Under the pieces are notes generated by a model. That model did not search any database and was not told the DNA's origin. It worked only from the letters and a program-made list of their open reading frames with translations. DNA of 64,000 bases from Bdellovibrionales bacterium (GTDB lineage Bacteria; Bdellovibrionota; Bdellovibrionia; Bdellovibrionales; UBA1609): positions 65,466-129,465 of the forward strand of contig OZ220490.1 of assembly GCA_965116175.1 (NCBI GenBank), in the 5' to 3' direction. Positions 25,658 through 32,493 of this stretch are shown in pieces. The first letter of the stretch is position 1; every line of letters starts with the position of its first letter. Position numbers and translations under genes: made by a program.

Positions 25658-26339
25658 TTACCTCTTCCTTTTCACAAAAGAAATAAGGGAATTACTTGGA
25701 AATTTTTGGAAATGCACTTCATAACTGAGTTTGTTTGTGCTCCCTTTTACTCCCACACCTGCCAAGCGGTTATAAATATCTGTTGTGGCTATCTTTCTAT
25801 GTCCTACAATAGACATCACAACATTTAAGGCCGCTCCTTTGGCTAACTGTTGGTAATATAAGAGCTCTCTCAAGTCATGGAATCTCAGTTCAGGGATATT
25901 TATCCCTTTACAAAAATCCCTCAGAAACCTTGATTGCTTTCCTTGTTTCTATTCTCCCACTCTTGGAAAAGTAAGTTTTCCCAGACAAATACTTTTTCTT
26001 GTTTGGCTTCATAAAGAGTTTCTTTATAACCGCCTTTAGCAATATACCACTCTAAAAGGGGTCTTAATTCCAGCTATAGAACAACACGATTAAGACTGGT
26101 CTTTGTTTCATTAGATGTAAATTGTTTTTTTACATAGATAGTCCCTGCTGATAAATCCACATCAGAAACTCTAAGAGCATATATCTCTCCATTCCGGCCA
26201 CTGCCCAATGAGGATAAAACCTGTGGTTGCAAATATGAGCTTCTTTTAAAAGCTTATCCGCTTCCTCAGAAGTTAAAATCTTTTGTTCAGGTGAGGGAAG
26301 TTTGATTTTAATCTTTTTTCCGGAGTTTTTGTTGATCAC
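25658..26339 (-). pseudogene. Tyrosine recombinase (phage-type integrase) remnant, frameshifted and N-terminally truncated
   Basis: The fragments give GRNGEIYALRVSDVDLSAGTIYVKKQF (catalytic-domain R box, in a different frame from the 26130..26339 ORF) and VVMSIVGHRKIATTDIYNRL (the HxxxxxTTxxY C-terminal box with the catalytic Tyr). Stops and frameshifts lie between them. Confidence 0.8.
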
Positions 26340-26413
26340 TTTCCCTCAAGCCCTCAACAAAGGGTGAAGGGCTATTCAAGAGGGCGGATTTTTATATTTT
26401 CTTTGGTTAGCTT

Positions 26414-26692
26414 TTATAAACTTGGACTGATTTCTTCTTCTTGGGCAGGGCGAGCTTCTTTTAAAGAAAGATTTTTGGCAAACAAGCCTCTGGCTGTTCT
26501 GACAACTAAGACTTCTACAATATCCCCTTTATTAAGCTTTTCATAAGAAGTATTGGTAAATTCTGTTACAGTGGAAAAGTATACATCTTGTTTATTTTGT
26601 TTATCCCAAATAGCACCAAAACCAATATCCGGCATAATCCGACGGATGGCTCCTTTAGCTGTTCCTTTTACCTCTAACACTTTCTCATACAT
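26414..26692 (-). CDS. Cold-shock-domain (CSD/OB-fold)-like small nucleic-acid-binding protein
   Basis: GAIRRIMPDIGFGAIWD...QDVYFS...LNKGDIVEVLVV..ARGLFAKNL parallels the CspA pattern G.VKWF...GFGFI...DVFVH...L.eGq.V.f....kG..A.nv. Confidence 0.55.
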   Translation of the reverse strand: MYEKVLEVKGTAKGAIRRIMPDIGFGAIWDKQNKQDVYFSTVTEFTNTSYEKLNKGDIVEVLVVRTARGLFAKNLSLKEARPAQEEEISPSL

Positions 26693-26774
26693 CTGATTTA
26701 CTCCTTTTAGCTGAAGTCTTATTTTTTAATCATAAAACCATTACACTATAAAGCAAAAAGTATTTCAGATCAGT

Positions 26775-29639
26775 TTATAAAGAAATACAATCCTTTGTAA
26801 CCAACTCTTTTAAATTTTTGACAACCTGTGGCAATCCAGGGCCTGTGATCTTTTCGCCTTTAGATTCTTTTTCAGATAAATCTAAATTTAGTTGCAAAAG
26901 AAAATCCAGTTCATCCTGATTTGTTTTGAAGCCATAAGCAGAATAAACAGCCTCATCTAAAGCTTTATGATATTTTAGCAATTCATGATCCCCAGGTAAT
27001 TCTATAGAACGATATAAATCACGATAGCTTATCCCTTCTTTTTTTAAAATTTTTGCTCTTACTTCTCTTAAATTTCTAGCTTTTTTAGCAACTGTCTTTA
27101 TCTTGGCTAATGTAGGTTTCTGTGGCCAAGGGAAAGTGTCATATACTGTGTTAGTTGTGTAGCGAAAAGTCTCAGCTAAAGTTGAACACTTATGAGTGAA
27201 CCAAATCCAATGCATACTGGATTGTAAAATTCCAAAAGAATAATCGTCATCAAAAGTAAAAGCGACCAAAGCTGCATTTGGGTTTATATCTGAATGGACA
27301 AACTCAAAGATACCTCTTTGTGTAACTTGTCCACAAACACAGTATCTTTTTATTTTTCTAATTTTCTTCATTAAATCTGTTCTAGGATAAGATAACTGCC
27401 ACCATGTTTTTAAAAAATTCTGATGATGTCTATTCACCCTGGCTTTAGGGTTTGTCTTTAGTAGCTTTTTGTTTCGAGCTTTTTCCTTCTCTGCTTCCTC
27501 TCTCCTTTTTGGTAAAACTGTTTTTTCTATGACTTTATATAATCCTTTATATTTTTGAGCCTGTATTAGAGTTTTATCTGAAAAATCTATAACATATCTT
27601 TGAGGCAAGGGAGTTTTCCCAGCTATAAAATTATGAGCTGTTAAAAAAGGCTTTAAAACATCTTTAAAATTTATGTTTTTTGAAATATTTTTTTCAGCTT
27701 CGTTTTTTGGAAGAAGAAAAGAAGCATGTCCATGTGTTTGACCTTGAGAAGCCGCCTTAGATTTTCTATTAACATTTAATACTTTAGCTTGAGAAACATC
27801 TACATCAATAGACAAAGCAGAATTAATCTCTTTTAGCTCGTTAACATGTAATTCTTGTTCATAACCATCAAGATATATACTTTTTCCTATGAACAGCCTC
27901 TTTTTTTTATTTTTATATAATTTATCCTTTGTCCAATTTACTATAGACACATAAACAGCGGCTTCACCAGACCATTTTTGGCTAGACACAGCTTCTGTAA
28001 TGATGCCTCCGTTTTGAACAATATGATCCAAAGAGCCTTCTCTGGAATAGTTTTGCCGAATAGTGTTTGTTCCAACCAATCCAGCTATACCTTTTTTTGA
28101 AAGATGGTCATGGGCTTTTTTAAACCAATAAACACAATAATCCGCTCTTCCTGGCACAGTGGGATAAGCTTCACGAATTTTGTTTATATAGCTTACTCCC
28201 ATTTCTTGTTGGATTTTGTTCTTGGATTGATACGGTGGATTACCAATAATAGCATCCACTTTAGGCCACACAGCAAACAAAGCATCTTCAGCCAAAAAGT
28301 TATTATCCAAGTCATCAAACGGCAAAGAGGAGTCTTGTATATTAAACTCATCAGCTAAAATTTTTCGACCAATGGATAAAGCTACTTTTGCTAATTCCAA
28401 CCCAAATTTGTTTGTATCAATACCATAAAAGTTTTTTGGGGAAACAAGCAAGCCAAGTTCTGAGGGGCGAATTTGTCCTCCTTCTCCTAAATCTTCTAAA
28501 ATTTCCATTTCAAGTTTTCTTAACTCCCTAAAGGCGATATAAAGAAAATTTCCACTACCACAAGCCGGATCTAAAACTTTAAATTCTTGTATTTCTTTTA
28601 ATAGTTTTCTTTTGTTTCTTTTTGTTTTTGCCTTGTTTATTTTTTCTTTAAATGGTTGGACAATAGAGGGCCCAACAATTTTATATATGTCTAATTCATG
28701 AGTATAATGGATGCCGTGACCGTGTCTTCTTTTTGGATCCATACTGCCTTCAAAAAGAGAACCAAATATAGATGGTCTTACTTTTTCCCAATTTTGCTTT
28801 GAGGCATCATGTAGCAGTTCCACTTCTTTATAAGATAGCTCCACTGCATCAGTTTTCTTAAAAATTCCCCCATTAAAATATTCAATATGTTTATATTTTC
28901 TTGGTTTATCAAACTTATTTTTTATTGCCATTGCCTTAAATAAGAGAGACAGTTCTTTTTGAGCTGGAAGATCAATTAAGCATTTTTTTAAAATTTCATG
29001 CAAAGTATATTGAGGTATCAATCCAACATCTTCTGAAAACAGAGCTATAACCAATTGGAGTATAAATCTCTGGGCCTTATCTTTTGATATTCCTCTTTTC
29101 TCCATAGACATATAGATTTCACCAATAGTTTTTGCAACCTGTTCTGTGATAGCTACATTATGATTATCAAATAGAGGCTCTTCCTCTACAGGCAAAAGAA
29201 ACTTTAAAGCGCCCCAACTCATTTGAAGGTCTTTTGTATTCAGCTTATGAACAGGATCGTTTAATTGGTTGTTTAAATCGTATATCCAAAACTCATCAAA
29301 ATTACATAAAACCATATACTTTGGACGACTAGGAACTAGAGTAATCCAGTAATCAAAAGCTTGATCATAATGCTTCTGAAGAGGCATGCCTCTCTTTTTT
29401 AATTCAATAATTACTCTAGGCTTCCAAACAAGATCAGGGAAAATAACCCCTCTGCCTTTTCGTTTTTTGACTGGTAGTTCACAAATGGCTCCCGCCCCTA
29501 GAACTCCTGTATTGCCAAAAGCTTGAAGAAGCCGATCAAAAAATATCTGACCTTCTCCTTTTTCAGAACCTTTACAATTCTTGAACCAGTCTAAAAAAGC
29601 TTTGATTCTCTCTTGATGTTCTTTCTGGTTGATTGTCAT
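26775..29639 (-). CDS. MmeI-family type IIL (IIG) restriction endonuclease / N6-adenine DNA methyltransferase fusion
   Basis: The N-terminal PD-(D/E)XK block FPDLVWKPRVIIELKKRGMPLQKHYDQAFDYW closely parallels MmeI FVDLFWPGILLIEMKSRGKDLDKAYDQALDYF as I recall it. The SAM motif I is VLDPACGSGNFLY and motif IV is IIGNPPYQS. The 954 aa size is typical of the family. Confidence 0.88.
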   Translation of the reverse strand: MTINQKEHQERIKAFLDWFKNCKGSEKGEGQIFFDRLLQAFGNTGVLGAGAICELPVKKRKGRGVIFPDLVWKPRVIIELKKRGMPLQKHYDQAFDYWITLVPSRPKYMVLCNFDEFWIYDLNNQLNDPVHKLNTKDLQMSWGALKFLLPVEEEPLFDNHNVAITEQVAKTIGEIYMSMEKRGISKDKAQRFILQLVIALFSEDVGLIPQYTLHEILKKCLIDLPAQKELSLLFKAMAIKNKFDKPRKYKHIEYFNGGIFKKTDAVELSYKEVELLHDASKQNWEKVRPSIFGSLFEGSMDPKRRHGHGIHYTHELDIYKIVGPSIVQPFKEKINKAKTKRNKRKLLKEIQEFKVLDPACGSGNFLYIAFRELRKLEMEILEDLGEGGQIRPSELGLLVSPKNFYGIDTNKFGLELAKVALSIGRKILADEFNIQDSSLPFDDLDNNFLAEDALFAVWPKVDAIIGNPPYQSKNKIQQEMGVSYINKIREAYPTVPGRADYCVYWFKKAHDHLSKKGIAGLVGTNTIRQNYSREGSLDHIVQNGGIITEAVSSQKWSGEAAVYVSIVNWTKDKLYKNKKKRLFIGKSIYLDGYEQELHVNELKEINSALSIDVDVSQAKVLNVNRKSKAASQGQTHGHASFLLPKNEAEKNISKNINFKDVLKPFLTAHNFIAGKTPLPQRYVIDFSDKTLIQAQKYKGLYKVIEKTVLPKRREEAEKEKARNKKLLKTNPKARVNRHHQNFLKTWWQLSYPRTDLMKKIRKIKRYCVCGQVTQRGIFEFVHSDINPNAALVAFTFDDDYSFGILQSSMHWIWFTHKCSTLAETFRYTTNTVYDTFPWPQKPTLAKIKTVAKKARNLREVRAKILKKEGISYRDLYRSIELPGDHELLKYHKALDEAVYSAYGFKTNQDELDFLLQLNLDLSEKESKGEKITGPGLPQVVKNLKELVTKDCISL

Positions 29640-29865
29640 GATGCATTTAAGTATTTATATTTTTTCCTCTTAAAGCAATAATTTCTAGCTGCGGTTTATA
29701 TCCTTTCAAAAGGCATCTTTCAGAAGTGATTTTGATTCTTTCTACTTTTGTAGACTTTAGTATAGGTAAAAAATTAGCTTCATTAAGAAAAGGTTCAAGA
29801 TACTTTAAGTCGCCTCGCAACATGAAATGTTAAAGCTGTGGAGTTAAAAAAGCGTGATGTTCAAG

Positions 29866-29955
29866 TGGCGGAGAGGGAGGGATTCGAACCCCCGAGACCC
29901 GTGAAGGTCTGCCGGTTTTCAAGACCGGTGCAATCAACCGCTCTGCCACCTCTCC
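29866..29955 (-). tRNA. tRNA-Ser (anticodon TGA), long variable arm, CCA encoded
   Basis: The reverse complement folds as: acceptor ggagagg/cctctcc, anticodon stem ccggt/accgg with loop ctTGAaa, an extra arm, and T loop ttcgaat. Confidence 0.92.
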
Positions 29956-29987
29956 CTTTTTAAAAATTATAGTGTAAGTCAATTACA

Positions 29988-30208
29988 AATCATGCCTTTA
30001 GAATTTTATAGAGACCTTATTTTGAAGGTATAAATTTTAATGTTCAAGAGCTATAAGCTATTTTCCTTATAAAACTGTGGGTAACCTGATAATCCTTTCT
30101 CTTTAACAAGCTGTAACGCCAACTGAAGGGCTGAATCCATATTTCCAGCCCCTTTATAACACTCAATCAGTCCAATAGAAGTTTCAGTGTCAGTTTTCAG
30201 GTATTTCT
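29988..30208. repeat. Decayed duplicate (~220 bp) of 32181-32252 joined to 32659-32807 (the 3' end of the TPR-protein gene and flank)
   Basis: By-eye alignment is roughly 90% identical. The junction falls at a shared ctatt microhomology, so this copy lacks the ~400 bp present in the intact locus. Confidence 0.8.
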
Positions 30209-30286
30209 TGTTTTAACCTGTGTATCTGCCTTTATCCGAACAAAGAGAAACATTGCCATTAAAGAGCCTCAATAGCTTCAATTAAG

Positions 30287-30591
30287 GGTAGTCATGCATT
30301 CATTACGGTCGATCCAGTGATGAGGTCTCTCTGGAGGGCAGGTATTTATACAAGAGTCTGTAGCTGTATCCCATTTCGGTTTTTCCGGAGGGCAGACCAC
30401 ACATCTAAATCCATCAGAGAATCCTGGGTCATCATCTAGGGGTAGTCATGCATTCATTACGGTCGATCCAGTGATGAGGTCTCTCTGGAGGGCAGGTATT
30501 TATACAAGAGTCTGTAGCTGTATCCCATTTCGGTTTTTCCGGAGGGCAGACCACACATCTAAATCCATCAGAGAATCCTGGGTCATCATCT
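30287..30591. repeat. Tandem direct duplication, 2 x 151 bp (period 154 bp), covering the 3' end of the 30432..31847 gene
   Basis: ggtagtcatgcattcattacggtcgatcc...cctgggtcatcatct is present at 30287-30437 and again at 30441-30591. Confidence 0.9.
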
Positions 30592-31847
30592 GTCCCGCAA
30601 GAGATATCACACACTCCCCGCCGGTTTTCTGCAGCCTTACTCCGAGCAGTGCCTGGAACACAGCGGTCGAAACACCAGCGGTTTATACATCTTTGATTTG
30701 ATGAACAAGCAGGTGAACATTCAGATTCTGGCGGCGGGGTTTTAGATTCTGGCGGCGGGGTTTTAGATTCTGGCGGCGGGGTTTTAGATTCTGGCGGCGG
30801 GGTTTTAGATTCTGGCGGCTGTTGGTTGTTATTGCCGGAATTATCGCCTCCGCCACCGCTGACTGTGCCGCCAATTAAACCTTGACACAAATCATCCACC
30901 CAATCATCCAGATCCCCCACATCCCCTATCTCATTGCTGTTGCTCCCAGCCGCATCCTCATGGATCCAACCACTCGCATTCCTATTATTTCCTGTCCCCT
31001 GACGGCTATTCACTTTCTCATCTATTATCTCCTCTATATACTCCTCAAAATCATCATGGTTCAACCAATCATCCCTCGCATCATCATCCATCCCTTTTCC
31101 TATCTTACAATACACCGCAAAACAAGCCCTCGTCTCCGTATCACTCTTACAAGCGCTATTCTTGTTATTTATATACTCCTGAAACCAATCCAATATCAGC
31201 TCACTTTCCACAGCCTTCTCTATCAACTTATCCCCATCCAACCTCTTCAAAAACGGTTCAGATATCCCATGATCATTACTGCTATAACTCCCGCTGAACT
31301 TCTTCAATAAAGCCTCTAAACTCTTATGATCATCATCTTCTTTCTCAAATATCTTCGCAATATCCTCATTCTCTATCAACCACATTAAAAACTCCTTCGC
31401 ATCCCTGCTGTTATACTTCTTAATCAAACTATCCAATGATCTTATCGAAACATTCAAATACAAATCAAAAACATCCTTATCCACCCCTGATAAATCCTCC
31501 GCATCCGGGTTCTTTAACAACTCATACAAATCCCATAAGGCCTCCACCTGAGCCACTGTCAACTCTTCACAATCCCCTCGATCCCCACGGCTCCTATACA
31601 TATCCTTACAATACTCATAACAATCATGGCTTTTATTCTTATCCTCACATTTTTCTGTATCCCCTCTTATCGTCCTGGCTGTACGCTTGATCACCTCATC
31701 CCTGTTCTCATCATTGGCCTTCTTAACCTCATATTCATTCTCTGTCCTTTCTACAGCTGGCGGACCAAAACAAGAACCTACATAAACAAGCAGTAAACTT
31801 ATCAGCGCTACTCTTAGGCAGTTCATAAAAAATCCCCTGTCAGTCAT
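30432..31847 (-). CDS. Secreted acidic protein with (KTPPPES)n linker and Cys-rich C-terminal modules
   Basis: It has a signal peptide/lipobox-like N-terminus (LLLVYVGSC), a D/E-rich helical region, GGGDNSGNN, PPESKTP x5, and a C-terminal ~100 aa with 16 Cys. Confidence 0.65.
   Translation of the reverse strand: MTDRGFFMNCLRVALISLLLVYVGSCFGPPAVERTENEYEVKKANDENRDEVIKRTARTIRGDTEKCEDKNKSHDCYEYCKDMYRSRGDRGDCEELTVAQVEALWDLYELLKNPDAEDLSGVDKDVFDLYLNVSIRSLDSLIKKYNSRDAKEFLMWLIENEDIAKIFEKEDDDHKSLEALLKKFSGSYSSNDHGISEPFLKRLDGDKLIEKAVESELILDWFQEYINNKNSACKSDTETRACFAVYCKIGKGMDDDARDDWLNHDDFEEYIEEIIDEKVNSRQGTGNNRNASGWIHEDAAGSNSNEIGDVGDLDDWVDDLCQGLIGGTVSGGGGDNSGNNNQQPPESKTPPPESKTPPPESKTPPPESKTPPPESECSPACSSNQRCINRWCFDRCVPGTARSKAAENRRGVCDISCGTDDDPGFSDGFRCVVCPPEKPKWDTATDSCINTCPPERPHHWIDRNECMTTPR
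30724..30819. repeat. 21-bp tandem repeat, 4 perfect units plus a partial fifth (encodes KTPPPES on the minus strand)
   Basis: gattctggcggcggggtttta recurs at 30724, 30745, 30766 and 30787, with a partial unit at 30808. Confidence 0.9.
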
Positions 31848-32053
31848 CTTGAACCAAATTCTTAATCAACAAACTCTATCTTTAAAACTAGTTTCATGAA
31901 TCTTTTAAGCCTCTTATCTTCTTTCTTTTTGATGATTTATTTTACCCCCCCTTTTTTTTAAGCTAAATTTTTAACAAATGACAGAATTTAAACCTGAAAC
32001 AAGACAAAAGTTGTAAGTCTACTCTTTTGGTTCACTTTCTTATAAGCATTGTT

Positions 32054-32175
32054 AAAGTTCAAGACAACTTAGCTTCTTTTGATAGGAATTAAGTTTTTGA
32101 AAAGACTGGTAAAAACAAGTGTTTCATCCGTTCCCGAATTTTTGAAGCTAAATTCAGAGAACTTATAGGCTTTTT
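32054..32175 (+). mobile_element. IS1595-family 5'-end fragment (IR plus the first ~25 degenerate codons)
   Basis: aaagttcaagacaactt...gataggaattaag...actggtaaaaacaagtgtttcatccgttcccg aligns with the left end of the intact IS at 51863. It contains stops and frame breaks. Confidence 0.7.
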
Positions 32176-32232
32176 GTTGTAATCATTTAGAATTTTATAA
32201 AAACCTTATTTTGAAGATATAAATTTTAAGGT

Positions 32233-32493
32233 TCAAGAGCTATAAGCTATTATCACATAAAACCTCAATAGAAAAGCCATCAGTGCTAAAAAAATATCCA
32301 CGAGAAAAACCCCAAGGAAGCTATAATCCTTAACAAAATGAAAGAAAGCCAGACTGATGGAAATTAATAAGAAAATAAAGGAGAACAATCCATAAGAAAT
32401 CAATTCCTGGCCTATGAGAGTCAGGACATAAGCAAAACAAAAGGCGGAAAGCCCTTTAAAAAACAATAAACTTATTTTTTTTGCTTTTTTCAT
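32233..32493 (-). CDS. Small hydrophobic membrane protein (3 predicted TM helices)
   Basis: The 86-aa ORF is strongly hydrophobic. Its start overlaps the stop of the upstream TPR gene by 4 nt. Confidence 0.45.
   Translation of the reverse strand: MKKAKKISLLFFKGLSAFCFAYVLTLIGQELISYGLFSFIFLLISISLAFFHFVKDYSFLGVFLVDIFLALMAFLLRFYVIIAYSS

Noticed and set aside
30724-30819. Tandem repeats considered as CRISPR arrays (here, and at 54351-54403, 63330-63845 and 41640-41720).
   Set aside because: The units are directly adjacent with no unique spacers, are 5-27 bp long, and lie inside ORFs. No cas genes are present in the window.
30471-31690. Track ORFs 30471..30701 (+), 30683..30874 (-), 30882..31310 (+) and 31436..31690 (+), which overlap the 30432..31847 gene.
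   Set aside because: They are antisense or off-frame shadows of the longer minus-strand ORF, which has a signal peptide and coherent domain structure. Their products are low-complexity (P/I/L-rich) with no start context.
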